DNA of 64,000 bases from Raja brachyura (taxonomy: Eukaryota): positions 61,690,001-61,754,000 of the forward strand of contig OY740792.1 of the NCBI GenBank assembly GCA_963514005.1. The letters are read 5' to 3'. Positions 1 through 13,018 of the stretch are shown here, one piece after another. How positions within the stretch are numbered: the first letter of the stretch is position 1; each line of letters begins with the position of its first letter. Under the pieces are notes generated by a model. The model was not told the origin of the DNA. It searched no databases and worked only from the letters and a program-made list of their open reading frames with translations. The translations under genes were made by a program, and so were the position numbers.

Positions 1-2320
1 TCGAACTTATATCGAAAGGTAAACAGTCCTCCTTTTCCATTTTTAACCAAGCTGGTTCCTGATCCATATTTACCAACCAAACATTCATATTCTTAATCTG
101 AACCGCCCAGAAATAATATAAAAAATTAGGTAGTGCTAATCCTCCATTTATCTTAGATTTACATAAATGTTTTTTACTTATTCTGTGACTTTTATAATCC
201 CAAATAAAGCTATTAACAATAGAATCAATTAAAAAAAAATGTTTTAGGGAGGTATAGAAGGATAGCTTGAAATAAATATAATAGTTGTGGTAAAAAAATC
301 ATTTTTATGGCATTTATTCTGCCGATCATTGATATTGGTAGTGTTTTCCAGTATAGAATATTATTTTTTAGTTTATTCAATAATTGGGGATAATTTGATT
401 TGAATAGAGAATTGTAAGATTTAGATACATTAATTCCTAGATATTTAATTTTGTCCGTAACTATTTTAAATGGAAATTTTTGTAGTATATTTGATTTTAT
501 TCCAGTTATAGGCATAATTTCACTTTTATTCCAATTAATTCTATATCCTGAGAATATACTAAATTCAGTTATGACATTATTAAATTAGGAATACTAATCT
601 CTGGTTTTGTAATATATATTAAGGCGTCATCTGCATATAAAGATATTTTATTCGTTGTGGTATTGGCATTATATCCATATATTTCTGGTTCTGCTCTAAT
701 CCTTTCGGCTAATAGTTCTATTGCACGAGCAAATAATAAGGGTGATAACGGACATCGTGAAACTTCTTATAACATTCAACACCTAAATCATCAGGACCAG
801 CAGCTTTTCCATTTTTCAATGATCTGATTGATTCCTCAATATCTTTTACTGATATTTCAGCATCTAGCAAGTCTCTTCCTTCCTGATCCAAATCTTTAAT
901 ATGACATTCATAGAAACATAGAAAATAGGTGCAGGAGTAGGCCATTCGGCCCTTCGAGCCTGCACCGCCATTCAATGTGATCATGGCTGATCATGTAGGG
1001 ATGTGTCCATTCCATCAGGTTGACCCGTCAGTTTGGTTGAATAAAGTTTTTGATAGTAATGCAGGAATCTGTCATTTATATCTTTTGGTAAAGTTAGTAT
1101 TTCTCCTTGTTCAGATCTGATTTTATGTATCATTTTTTCTTCATCTAATTTTCTAAGTTGGCATGACAAAAGTTTTTGTGGTTTATCCCCGAATTCAAAG
1201 TATACTTGTTTAGTCTGTTGGAAAAGTTTAATAACATAATTTGAGTATATCTCATTTAGCTTATATTTTAATGTTGCAATTTTATTATATATCACCCTAG
1301 ATGGGGATATTGCATTTTCAATATCTAATTGCTTTATTTCATTTTCCAACGTTTGTTGAGTCTTTCGGTTTTCCTTATTAAGGTGTGCTTGCGCAGATAT
1401 TATAGCACCACGCATAAAGGCTTTAAATGTGGCCCAAAGAAGTGACAAAGAATTTCCAGGTTTATCGTTAGTCTCAAAGAACAGTTTAATCTGTTTAACC
1501 TGATAATCATAACAAGCCTTATCATTTAATATTTGAGGGTTGAGTCTCCATTGAGAATATTTATTAGTTATACCCTTTAAGTTAATCTTAAATGTTAATG
1601 GGGCATGATCCGAAATAATAATATTATGATATTTTGAGTCATACGTGAATGGAATTAACTTTGAATCTATTAAAAAATAATCTATCCTTGAATAGGTTCC
1701 GAATACCGGAGAATAAAATGAGCATTGCCGACCAGAGGGATTATCAGTTCTCCAAACATCCATGACATTTGCGGTACTAATAAAATAATTTATGAGTTCG
1801 CTTGATTTAGATATAGCTTTCCTTTTAGTTGATGATCTATCTAGATAATTATCTAAAGTACAGTTTAAATCACCCCCGATTATTAGATTATGTTGTGTAA
1901 CTATAGGAATAGTATTAAATATTTTCTTAAAAAACAACGGATTATCAAAGTTGGGTCCATATATGTTCATAAGAACGACTTTCTTTGAATATAATTCACC
2001 CATAACTATTATGTATCTACCCTCAGTGTCTTCTATTGTTGAGCTATGTTGAAATGGAATGCCTTTATTGCATTAAGTATTGCAACCCCTCTAGACTTAT
2101 GTGTAAATGAAGAATGAAACACTTTAGAAATCCATGTTGCTGTTAGTCTATATTGCGCATCCTTTTTAAGGTGCGTCTCTTGAAGAAAAATTATATCTGA
2201 TTTAATTCTATTTAACTGGGCCAAAACCTTACCTCTTTTAATTGGTTCGTTAATTCCCTTTACGTTCCAACTGCAGAAGGTGATTCCATCACCCCCAGTT
2301 TTCGTATTAATGTTTTGCAT
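1..2320 (-). pseudogene. L1 ORF2 (endonuclease/RT), frameshifted, internally deleted and interrupted
   Basis: ORF pieces 2033-2320, 981-2003 and 225-515 are collinear with the intact ORF2 at 28545-31430. Confidence 0.9.
908..993 (-). mobile_element. CR1 3'-tail fragment inserted in L1 ORF2
   Basis: catagaaacatagaaaataggtgcaggagtaggccattcggccc... is the same tail seen on CR1 copies at ~11450-11525, 13610-13690 and 42340-42430. Confidence 0.8.
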
Positions 2321-3079
2321 TTTAATATTAAGGTGGATTATAATGGATTAGTTGTCTCAGCATATCCATCCCAATCTCATACCCATCTTTCTGATCGATG
2401 AATTTTAATACTGATAACTTTTTCTTACATACATATCTCTTCGAACCAACTGTATAATACCAATCATAACTAAAATAATATAGTACATTATATAAATATA
2501 AAAAACAAAATAAAAATTAAAAAAAAAAATATTAGTGGTGTTAGTGAAGTGCAGGAAAAAAAGGGTGACTACAACTAAATTTAGTGTAGTTAGTGTAAGC
2601 CACACTAGCGTGGCTATTAATCTACTGACTTCCGTTATTTAAAAAAAAGATGTTTATGATTCCAGCTCCATATATGCCTTAAGGGCTATATATATAGGGG
2701 TGGGGCGTTAAACTTTAATGCTTATTAATGCTTTATAATTTTGACTACTACTGTCGATTTTAACTATTTTAAGAGGAGTGACATGCAATTGTAAGTGATA
2801 ATTAATACTAAGCTATTTCTATTATATGTTAGTTTTTTATTAATAATCCATAAACCCTCCTTAACCAGTGATATTAAAAGTCCGTTATTCTTCCTCCTTC
2901 TCTCTGTAAATCAGTACCATCAGGTAAGTGTTAAGTATAGTTCGAGCTCACTATTCTTCATCCTCATCTTCTTCTTCTTCCACTGCTTCTTCCTCTTTCA
3001 GCTTCTTCTCGATATTACGAGCAAACTCAAGTGCTTCTGTATGCTTGATGAAGTGATGCTCTTTGTTATCGTAGCTTAC

Positions 3080-3979
3080 TCATAGTGTAGCAGGATACAT
3101 CAGGCCATATCTCAGACCCTTTATATTCTTGAGGATGCTTCTTGTTTCAGTAAATAAAGCTCTTCTCTTGGCCACTTCCGCAGGGTAATCTCGGAATATG
3201 CTGATCTTATCTCCATCGTAGTTAAGATTTTTCTTACGAATTATTATCTTCATCATAGCTTCCAAGACGTGATCATATACCACTTTCACGATCAGTTGTC
3301 TTGGGGGTGAGCCCGTCTTTGGGCGTCGTCTCAGTGCCCTGTGCGCTCGGCCAAGCTGGGGTTCTTGATCCAAATTCAAAACATTTTTTAGAAGTTTTGC
3401 AGCAACAATACACAAGTTCTGGCGCCTTTGACGTCCCTCCAAGTCAATACATTTCTCAGTTATTTTGTTTAATAATTCCGATAAACGTTTGTTCTCGGAG
3501 AGAAGTTTCTCATTCGCCTTAGCGCTTGAATCGGCAACGCTAGTCAGTTCCTTTATTGCCTCGTGTTGCTGATCAAGTGACCTTAAAATAGGTTCAAGCT
3601 TGAAATAAACCACCGATTCCATCCCACCAACTTTAAGATTTACATCATCTATCTGCTGTTGCAGAGCAGCATCCGGCCTTGTTTTCCAGTCATCAATCAT
3701 AGTCTTTATTGTGATTATAACTTCTTTTTTCAATTCATCTTTCACTTGTTCTTTAAACAGCTGGATATCTGCTCTAAGTATCTTTAAATCTTCTTTATAC
3801 TCCTTTTTCATTTTTTTCAGCTCACCCATAATAGTAGTTTTAAGGTCTTCCATCTCGGATTTCCTCTTGAGATATCTTCCTGGGAGGCAGTCAAACTTGA
3901 GGCCGAGGCTCCAGGCGGGCCTACTTCTTTTTTCGGTACAAGTTTTTTCTCTCTGGGGGGAGGTTCGTTGAATCGACAT
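3080..3979 (-). pseudogene. L1 ORF1p (coiled coil + RRM + CTD), prematurely terminated
   Basis: 299-aa ORF with heptad-rich N-terminal half and L1 ORF1 motifs; stops shortly after YPA. Confidence 0.85.
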
Positions 3980-4407
3980 ACCATCGGTAAAGTCACGCGC
4001 CTGATGATGTCACGCACCTTTGTAAAGCTGCCGGTGCCGTTCTCACCCGTTCTCCTCCGGTGAGTGACTTTAAATCACGTTTTAAACCCCATTTTTTAAT
4101 CAATTTTTGTGGAGCTGGTTGGCGCGAGTTCCACTTACTCCATAGCGCCACCGGAATTTCTAATTTAGAGTCATGGAACAATTAAGCAGGCCCTTCGGCC
4201 CAACTCGTCCATGCTGACCATGATGCCCCATCTAAGCTCATCCCATTTGCCCACTTTCGTCCCATATCCCTCTAATCCTTGAAATTGAAAGATTCAACCA
4301 CCCACTAGCACTACTGCTCAGGACCAACTTCTACCCTCTGTAGGTTACACAAAAAGCTGGAGAAACTCAGCGGGTGCAGCAGCATCTAAGGAGCGAAGGA
4401 GATAGGG

Positions 4408-4670
4408 GTTTAGTTTGGAGATAGGGCCGGAAAACAGGCCCTTCGGCCCATCGAATCCACGTTGACCACCCACACACTAACACTATCCTACACACTAGGG
4501 ATGACTTACAGAAGCCAATTAACCTACAAACCTGCACGTCTGTGGGATGGGGGAGGAAACCAGAGAAATCCCACACAGGAGAATGTACAAACTGTACAGG
4601 CAGCACCCGAGATCAGAATCGAACCTGGGCCTATGGCGTTGTGAGGCAGCAGCTCTACCACTGTGCTACC
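4408..4670 (-). mobile_element. tRNA-derived SINE (HE1-like)
   Basis: Reverse strand has a tRNA-like head (ggtagcacagtggtagagctgctgcctcacaacgcc...ggttcgattc) and a CR1-like tail (gggccgaagggcctgttt). Confidence 0.8.
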
Positions 4671-4772
4671 TTTATTTCTCACGTTTTATCATATCGTTAC
4701 ATTTAGTTCAACTAAAGGTTCGGCGCTCCATGAAATGTTGAGATTGAAGCACACAGGCGTGTGACGGCCTAC

Positions 4773-5078
4773 CTATTTGTTGTACGTAGGTGAATATTTG
4801 CAACACATCTCGGGTCCTGATTTCACAGATATATTCTCCAGCATCATCCTCCCTTGCATGGCCCAGTTGAAGTGTGGAAGAGTTCTGGCTGTTTATCACT
4901 TTCACTCGCTCCTTACAAGCTGAATCACCGGCCTGCTGGGGCGTTGATTCACATAGTACTGCCAAGGAAGAGGTTTCTGAGTTCCTAAAACTCCATTTAA
5001 TTGTCAAATCTTGATCATTGCTAGGGGGATATTGGCAAGGAATGGCAGCAGGATGAGTCTCATTTGCTTTCAATGTGC
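4773..5078 (-). CDS. HHLA2: HHLA2-like exon, third Ig domain (IgV)
   Basis: tttttag|GC acceptor, G|gtaggc donor, 306 bp, phase 1-1; GTLKANETHPAAIPCQ...DQDLTIKWS...STLQL..AREDDAGEYICEI. Confidence 0.85.
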
Positions 5079-5609
5079 CTAAAAAAATAAAACAAAAACA
5101 TGTAATGTTTTACACGAAACACAGTAAACTCTTTGACGTGAGATCTCACAAGGACACAAAGTGGTCGAGTAACTCAGTGGCTTGGGCAGCATCTGTGGAG
5201 AACAGGGATAGGTCACGTTTTGGAGAGGGAATATTCTTTAGATTCTGTTCTCCAGAGAGGCTGAGTTATTCCAGCGCTTTGTGTCCTTTTGTGTTTTAAC
5301 CAGCATCTGCAGTTCCTCGGTTCCAATACTTGGAATGAAATAGAATCTCTTTGTTTTCCTGAGCTGTGGAAGGGACTGGGACCACTTTGGGTGCTGGTGC
5401 ATGTACATATAACAAAGGCAGTGATTGTTCAACACACAGGAAGCGATGCATTTAGCCTGTATTCCAAAGCAGGGAAAATCCATCACTTGTATCCTCACAT
5501 TATATGGTGTATTGAAATGTCCGACACCTTCACAATCATTTATACCATCTGCCAGGACCCGGGGGCCTGAGCTACAGGGAGAGGTTGCGCAGGCTAGGAA
5601 TTTATTCCC

Positions 5610-6380
5610 TGGAGCATCTCTGGAAAGAAGGAATGGGTGACATGTCGGGTCAAAACCCTTCTTCAGACTGAGTCACGGAAAAGGGAATCGAGAGATATAG
5701 ACGGTTTTGTGGAGAGATAAAGAACAATGAATGAAAGATATGCAAAAAAGTTACGATGATAAAGGAGAACAGGCCGTTGTTAGCTGTTTGTTAGGTGAGA
5801 ACAAACTACAGACAATGAGACTCAACAAGACGACTGAAGCTGGTATGACTTGGGTGTGGGAGGGATGGAGAGAGAGGGAATGCAGGGGTTACTTAAAGTT
5901 GGAGAAATCAATATTCATACCGAAGTAGAATATTGGAGGATGGAGAGAGAGGGAAAGCAAGGGCTATTTGGAGTTAGAGAAGTCAATGTTTATACCGCTG
6001 GGGTGTAAGTTACCCGAGTGAAATGTGAGGTGCTGTTCCTCCAATTTGCACTGGGCCTCACTCTGACAATGGAGGAGACCCAGGACAGAAAGGTCAGATT
6101 GGGAATGGGAGGGGGAGTTAAAATGCTGAGCCACCGGGAGATCAGGTAGGTTGAGGCAGACTGAGCGGTGGTGTTCTTCTGCTTGGTTTCTTGGTTTCTT
6201 GGTCCTCCAAAATATTCCAAATGCAATTTAAACTGGAGGTGAAACAATCGCCGAGCCTGCGCTTGGTGTCGCCGATGTGCAGGAGTTGACACCTGGAACA
6301 GCGGATACAGTAGATGAGGTTGGAGGAGGTGCAAGTGAACCTCTGCCTAATCTGGGAAGACTGTCGGGGTCCTTGGACGG
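5610..6380 (-). mobile_element. Penelope-like element 3' part (GIY-YIG endonuclease remnant + terminal module)
   Basis: FTCTSSNLIYCIRCSRCQLLHIGDTKRRLGD GIY-YIG motif; terminal ctgaagaaggg...gacccga module at ~5640-5670. Confidence 0.82.
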
Positions 6381-6451
6381 ACATCTTGGCAACATCACTT
6401 AATTTGACAGGAGTTTGAATGACAGAAACTGCTACAGTTACAAACACAATG

Positions 6452-7350
6452 TAGGGGGTTTGCATGTAAGGTCACTGGGTCATAGGGCTTGACGCAGGGA
6501 GCCGCTCAATCCATCTGGAGGACATCTGTAACTTCCGGTATATGTTATGAATGCAAGAAACGCGTACGTTCCTACCCGTTAAAAACCGCCAAAATGTTGA
6601 ATTTTTGCGCTGTAAAAAATTGTGGAAGTCGGGGTAAGCGTGAGAGACATGGACCCAACTTCAGAATTCTAAAGCGAAATGAAGGTAAAGAGAAGCGAGA
6701 GCTGAAGGGACAGCAACAGCAGTTAAAGTGCTTGGCGAACATTGGCCGTGCAGATATCGGAATTGACAATATTGGGAATGATCGCGTTTGCTCACTGCAT
6801 TTCATCAAGTAAGGCATTATTTGTGGTTTTTCTCGATTCCTTTGGTATCTAAAAAGTCTCAGAAGTGATAAATCTGGCTGTAAATTTTGCTTCAGAGGCA
6901 TTTTATTTTTGTATGTAAAAACCCACTTGGGAACCATGGGCGATTTAAACATTTTACAGCCAGATATATCGCTTCTGAAAGTTTTTAGATGGCAAAGGAT
7001 TCAAGAAAAAACACAAATAATGCCTTAGTTGATGAAATGCAGTGAGCAAACGGCCAATGTTCGCCAAGCAGTGTGGCTGTTGTTGTCCCTTCAGCTCTCG
7101 CTTCTATTTACCGCCATTTCTCCTCACCTTTGGAATTCTGAAGTAGGCTAAATGTCCCTCACGCTTATCCCGATTTCCATAATTATTTACAGCGCAAAAA
7201 TTGCCGATTTCGGCGGGTTTTAACGCGCCCGCTCTACGCTGGACACAATGAGGAGTGCTTACCTGCAGTTCGTCACGTGTACTCCACTTGGCGTAGCGCA
7301 GCAACAGTACGGGTCATGGGTCGTGACCCGACTGCCGTGAAACCTCCCTA
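6452..7350. mobile_element. Non-autonomous DNA transposon with two inverted THAP-domain fragments
   Basis: + strand FCAVKNC...RVCSLHF (C2CH THAP) at ~6595-6810 and a diverged inverted copy at ~6950-7225; ends tagggggttt / aaacctcccta. Confidence 0.7.
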
Positions 7351-7447
7351 TACAGTAGATCAAGTATCACCTTATATCCAGTTAACCATGACCACAGACT
7401 GGAAGAAAGCATGGCCAGGTCTCCTGTAATTTATTCCTTATCATTAC

Positions 7448-7732
7448 CTTGCATTTTCCAGATTGCAGTCCAAGACTTTTGCAACCGTTCATTCCTTATG
7501 GTGCACTCGTACATTGTCCTTGACGTATAATCAGTCTTCAGAATGCTTTCCACATTGCAAAGACCTTCCGAGTCAATAGTGTTACATGATGTTGCATCAT
7601 TAGTTAGGTCGATCCCATTCTCATCTTGCCATGTTATTAACGGCTGTGGATAAGCACCTGTCACACCACAGGTGATGTTGACCTCAGCATACAGCGTGTT
7701 TGGGGGCAAAAGTGCCAGGTTCTTACTGTCAC
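7448..7732 (-). CDS. HHLA2: HHLA2-like exon, IgC domain
   Basis: tgcttccttccag|GT acceptor, CAAG|gtaatg donor, 285 bp, phase 1-1; NITCGVTGAYPQPLITW...YECTIRNERLQKSWTAIWKMQ parallels human HHLA2 YECTIENSLLKQTWTGRWTMK (recalled). Confidence 0.88.
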
Positions 7733-7859
7733 CTGGAAGGAAGCAATAACCCACGGAATCCTCAGACAATGGAGCTGTGTCTAGACACACACACACACAC
7801 ACACACGGCAATCAACATCTGGAGAGATAACAAGCTGCCAATTCACTTTCAGCTCCTCA

Positions 7860-8180
7860 GTTTAGATTAGTTTAGCTTAGCATAGTTTAGTTTGGAGATA
7901 CAGCATTGAAGCAGTTCCTCCGGCCCACCAAGTCCACACCAGTTCTATATTATTCCACTTTCCCATCCACTCTACACACTGGGAGCAACTTACAGAGGGC
8001 CAATGGACCTACAAACCCGCACCTTTTTAGGATGTGGGAGGAAACCGGAGCACCCGGGGGAAACCCACACGGTCACAGGGAGAACGTGCAAACTCCACAT
8101 GGACAGCACCTGAGGTCAGGATGGAACCCGGGTCTCTGGCGTTGTGAGGCAGCAGCTCTAGCAGCTGTGCCACTGTGCCT
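7860..8180 (-). mobile_element. tRNA-derived SINE (HE1-like)
   Basis: Same head/body/tail as other copies, with a (ctaaa)n tail. Confidence 0.8.
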
Positions 8181-9207
8181 GATCTCTCCAACCTAAACAT
8201 ATATAAATTAATCCACGCACTTGCTTCACAAGTGTATGTGTTGGTACGCAAGACTGAGTCAGAGGCGAAGGTAGGAGAGGGAACTCAAAATGAAGTCAGA
8301 ACAATGGATTTCAAGGAGATTTTCAAATGCAAAACATGAGGTGGTCAGGGAGAGTAAATATTACTTCATTTCTCATTTAAAGTTGGCCCGTTTCGGTTAT
8401 GTTCAGTTTATTACAGTCACGTGGCCACCACAACCCTCAAGGAAATACACAGCTTCCCTGTCCTGGTCTCCCAAGATCTGCTTCTAGCTTCCACGGGAGT
8501 AGCGTTGAAAGTTGCTCCCTGCATCAGTGCAGCCCGCCTGCCCTTCCACACAAACTGCATTGGTGAAGAGCAGCAAGCCAGTCTGTGCAGGCCTGGCCTC
8601 TACATCTCCCTCCTCACGGATAGGCAGCATCCCTGGAGAGAAGGAATGGGTGACAGTTTGGGTCGAGACCCTTCCTCAGACCTTGTTCAGAGCACTGCTT
8701 GTTTTGTAGACAGGAAGGGGCACAAATCAACTAAAAACGTCAGTCTGAAGAAGGGTCTCGATCCGAAAGATCAGCCACTCCTTCTCTCCAGAGATGATGC
8801 CTGTCCCGCTGAGTTACTCCAGCATTGTGTGTCTATCTTCAGTGTATGAACCAATATCTGTACTTCCTTCCTACACAGGCACCAACTGAACCTCCCCTGT
8901 TCCAGCCTCTGCCATATTTTTTATTTAGTTTTACTTTGCTCTGCATTTGTTTTTTGATCCTTTGTTGAGTACTTACAATGAGATTTGTTAACGCTCGACT
9001 TGGCTGCATAACAGCATTTGACAGACATTTGGCCAGGTACATGGATAGGAACGGTTAAGAGGGATATGGGCCAAACTCGGGCAGGTGGGATTAGTGTAGA
9101 TGGGGCATGTTGGGCGGCATGGGCGTGTTGGGCAGAAGGGCCTGTTCCCGTGCTGTGTGACTAAATGACTCTAACAGGACTGACAGACATATAAATGAGG
9201 TTCTGAC

Positions 9208-9534
9208 CAGCCACTTGCAGGTCGACGTTGATCTCCACCTTCCCTCTCAAGGTGCTGACGTAACACCGGTACAATCTCTCGTCGCGGATGCTGACGGCGG
9301 TCAGATGGAGCGACGCATTCCCTCTCGCTATCTCACTGGGGAAGAGTCCCGTCCTTCCCTTGTAGCGTGGTTCCTGGTTCCCCAACTGATCTTCTCCTCG
9401 GTAAAAGCTGTGCACCACCCGGGTGCTTTGGCCCACACTGTACATCCAGTGCAGCACAATCTCCGGCAGAGGGGCCGGTGGGAATGTGCAGGGCAACACC
9501 ACGTCTCTGGAGACAACGGCGACCAAGCTCGTAC
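9208..9534 (-). CDS. HHLA2: HHLA2-like exon, N-terminal B7-type IgV (alternative in-frame acceptor at 9591)
   Basis: tttgcttgcag|GT acceptor, G|gtcaga donor, 327 bp, phase 1-1; DVVLPCTF...LHW...VVHSFYRGEDQLGNQEPRYKGRTGLF..EIARGNASLHL...DERLYRCYV is a B7/HHLA2 signature. Confidence 0.9.
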
Positions 9535-9629
9535 CTGCAAGCAAACCGCCACATTGACCGTTACTGACGGGAAACGTATCGTCCGCATCTCCTGCATCAA
9601 CGAGAGCACGATTCACAGCCATCCGCTAA

Positions 9630-9940
9630 CATTAGTTCAGACATACAGCACGGAAACGGGCCCTTCAGCCCACCCAGCCCATTCCGACCATCCACCACCC
9701 GTATACACTAGTTCTATGTTATCCCACTTTCTCATCCACTCCCGACACACTAGGGGCAATTTACAGAGGCCAATTAACCTGCAAACACGCACGTCTTGTG
9801 ATGCGGGAGGAAACCGGAGCACCTGGAGGAGACATTTGTGGTCACAGGGAGAACGTGCAAACTCCACACAGACAGCAGCACCTGAGGTCAGGATCGAACC
9901 CAGGTGCTGAGGCAGCGGCTCTACCATTGCGCTACTTTGC
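9630..9940 (-). mobile_element. tRNA-derived SINE (HE1-like)
   Basis: Matches the other SINE copies in the window. Confidence 0.78.
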
Positions 9941-10395
9941 CGCAGGGTGGAGCAGTATTTTGAGATGGATCGGGGGATTAACAGAACCTACTGGCCTTGA
10001 CTCTAATCATTGAACTATATTAAGCGTAGCCATAAGGTGATGGGGGGGGGGGGGGGGGCAAAGTGGGAAGGGGACGTGCGGAGCAGGTTTTTACACAGAG
10101 GGTGGTGGGTGCCCAGAAGCTGCTGCCAGGGGCGGTGGTGGCGGCACATACATCAGTATTATTGAAGAGTCTTTTACATAGGCACATAGAGGTGCAGGGA
10201 ATAGAGGGATAGGATAAGGTCTGTTGGGCACATACATTGTGGGCCGAAGGGCCTGTGCTGTACTCTTGTATGCAACGGAGGTGGAATTCTGAGAACGCTG
10301 ATCTAAATGTAACACAAAGGGTCTGAAGAAGGTCCTGAACATCACCTGTCCATTCCCTCCACATTTGATGAAAGAAGATTACATGTGTTGAAAGA

Positions 10396-11730
10396 ATGGG
10401 TCGACTGAGAGGGGATCTTATAGAAACATTTAAAATTCTTAAGGGATTGGACAGGCTAGATGCAGGAAAAAGGTTCCCCAGGGGTCACAGTTTACGAATA
10501 AGGGGTAGGCCATTTAGCACTGAAACGAGGAAAAACGTTTTCACCCAGAGTGTTGTGAATCTGTGGAATTCCCTGCCACAGAGGGCAGTGGAGGCCAATT
10601 CACTGGATGTTTTCAGGCAAGAGTTAGATTTAGCTCTTAGGGCTAAAGGAATCAAGGGATATGGGGAAAAAGCAGGAACGTAGTAGTGATTTTGGATGAT
10701 CATATTGAATAACGGTGCTGGCTCGAAGGGCCAAATTGCCTACTCCTGAACCTATTTTCCATATTTCCAAAGATCTTTCCTGGACCCAGCACACCGATGC
10801 AATTATAAAGAAGCCACATCAGCGACTCTACTTCCCGAGAAGATTATGGAGGTTCGGCATGACGAAGAGGATTCTCCTAAACTTCTACAGGTGCACAGTA
10901 GAGAGCATCGTTGCATCGTGGCCTAGTTTGGCAAACTGAACGTCCAGGAGCAAAAAAGACTACACAAATTTGTGACCACTGGCCAATCCATCACTGGCTT
11001 TGACCTCCCCACCATCGAAGGGATCTATCGTAGTCGCTGCCTCAAAAAGGCAGCCATAATTCCCAGGATGGCGGTTAATTCCCGGGATGGTGGGACTGTC
11101 ATAGGCTGAGAGAATGGAGTGGCTGGGCTTGTATACTCTGGAATTTAGAAGGATGAGAGGGGATCTTATTGAAACATATAAGATTATTAAGGGTTTGGAC
11201 ACGCTAGAGTCAGGAAACATGTTCCCGATGTTGGGGGAGTCCAGACCAAGGGGCCACAGTTCAAGAATAAGGGGTAAGGCATTAAGAACGGAGATGAGGA
11301 AATACTTTTTCTCACAGAGTTGTGAGTCTGTGGAATTCTCTGCCTCAGAGGACGGTGGAGGCTGGTTCTTTGGATGCTTTCAAGAGAGAGCTAGATAGCG
11401 GAATTGGGATACGGGGAGATGGCAGGAACGGGGTACTGATTGTGGATGATCAGCCTTGATCACATTGAATGGCGGTGCTGGCTCAAAGGGCCGAATGGCC
11501 TACTCCTGCACCTATTGTCTATTGTCTAAAATCATCAAAGACCCACACCATTCTGGCCACACACTCATCTCACCATCGCCCTCAGAAAGAAGGTACAGGA
11601 GCCTGAAAACTGTAACGTCATGTGCTATGTGCTATGTTCACATGTTCACATATTCTCTTGTGCTGCAGCAAGTAAGAATTTCATTGTCCCGCCCGGGACA
11701 TAGACAAGAAAACATTCTTGACTCTTGATG
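10396..11730 (+). mobile_element. Nested CR1 3' fragments and a Rex1-type RT fragment
   Basis: RGDLIETFKILKGLDR...WNSLP (CR1); KDLSWTQHTDAIIKK..QRLYF.RRL..NFYRCTVESI (Rex1-like) split by a second CR1 at ~11070-11525. Confidence 0.75.
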
Positions 11731-12374
11731 TGGTGACAGCATAGTTTCCTGCAATGGCATAAACAGTCACTTAAGTGGAACAGGCCCATAAAGGCCTGTT
11801 CCTGTGCTGTGTGGTTCTACAGATTGTGAACCTGAACTATGATCCAGGTTCTGATAAAGTTAGTTAAAGAAGGAACTGCAGATGCTGGAGAATCGAGGAT
11901 TACACAAAAAGCTGGAGAAACTTAGCGGGTGCAGCAGCATCTAAGGAGCGAAGGAGATAGGCGACGTTTCGGGTCGAGACCCTTCTTGGTGATAAAGTTA
12001 GCAATGCCCATACAAAACATCAGGAAAGTAGATTGTTACCTGCTGATATGAATGGAAAAATTCCAAATATACAGAAGCAGGGTGTCCATGGGAACATCTC
12101 TTCCTGTTTTTCTTCCTGTTCACAGTTGTCGGCACGTGAATATGGCAACACTCATAAACGCGCATGTGATTCCAATTATTTACTTCTTACTCATGAGTCT
12201 ATCCAGAAAAACGCGGCAAGAAAAAGATTAGATCAAACGACGTTTAAAGTGGAACGCAGCGCCACAGCTGCACAGGAACCCCGCATATCAGAACGTTACC
12301 CCCCCCCCCCCAGTAAAACACCCCGACAAGGAGACTAAAGAGGCAATGCTGCCCTCTGTAACATTGACCAGACT

Positions 12375-13018
12375 TGTGCACACAGTCACTCACACTCACA
12401 CTCACTCACACTCCCTCATATTCACACTCACACACCCCTCACACATTCATACACATTCACACACATTCACACTCACTCACACTCACACACACACACACTC
12501 CCCTCACATCACACTCCCTCACATTCACACTCACACTCACACACACTCACACATTCAGACTCACACATACTCACACTCACACACACTCACACTCTCCTCA
12601 CACTCACACTCCCTCGTATTCACACTCACACTCACTCTCCCCTCACACTCACACTCCCTCACATTCACACTCACACACACACACACCCACACTCACTCAC
12701 ATTCACACTCACACACACTCACACTTCCTCACATTCACACATACACACTCACACACACCTACACTCCCCTCACACTCACACACTCCCCTCACACACATCC
12801 CTCACACTCACACTCCCCTCACACTCACAGTCAGACTCTCAACCAGACTCACAAACACTCAGACTCACGCTCACTCACTCTCACGCACACTCACACTCGC
12901 ACACGCTCAGACTCACACTCCCCTCAAACTCTCACACACTCACAGCCAGACTCACACCCACACTCACAATCAGACTCACACTCCACTCACATCCATACTC
13001 ACACCCAGACCCACACTC
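12375..13018. repeat. Degenerate (CA/CACT)n microsatellite
   Basis: Directly visible low-complexity array; continues at ~13700-13901 and 15293-15340 on the far sides of two insertions. Confidence 0.95.

Larger units (their letters stand above)
1..4160 (-). mobile_element. L1-clade LINE with 5' UTR, ORF1 and decayed ORF2; runs off the window start
   Basis: ORF1 (DLEGRQRRQNL, RAHRAL, ISIFRDYPAEVAKRR, YGLMYPA), AT-rich spacer, APE endonuclease (SWNVKG, IFLQETH, GGDLN, SRIDYF, SDHAP), RT remnants; 5' end begins GAAATTCCGGTGGCGCTATGG near 4160. Confidence 0.92.

Noticed and set aside
4600-4670. tRNA genes at SINE heads (also ~8110-8180, 40390-40460, 62725-62785)
   Set aside because: Degenerate A/B boxes continue into SINE body and tail; no complete cloverleaf.
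8375-8620. Possible extra exon between HHLA2 IgV and IgC
   Set aside because: The minus-strand frames I read contain stops and no Ig motifs; the flanking exons already join in frame.
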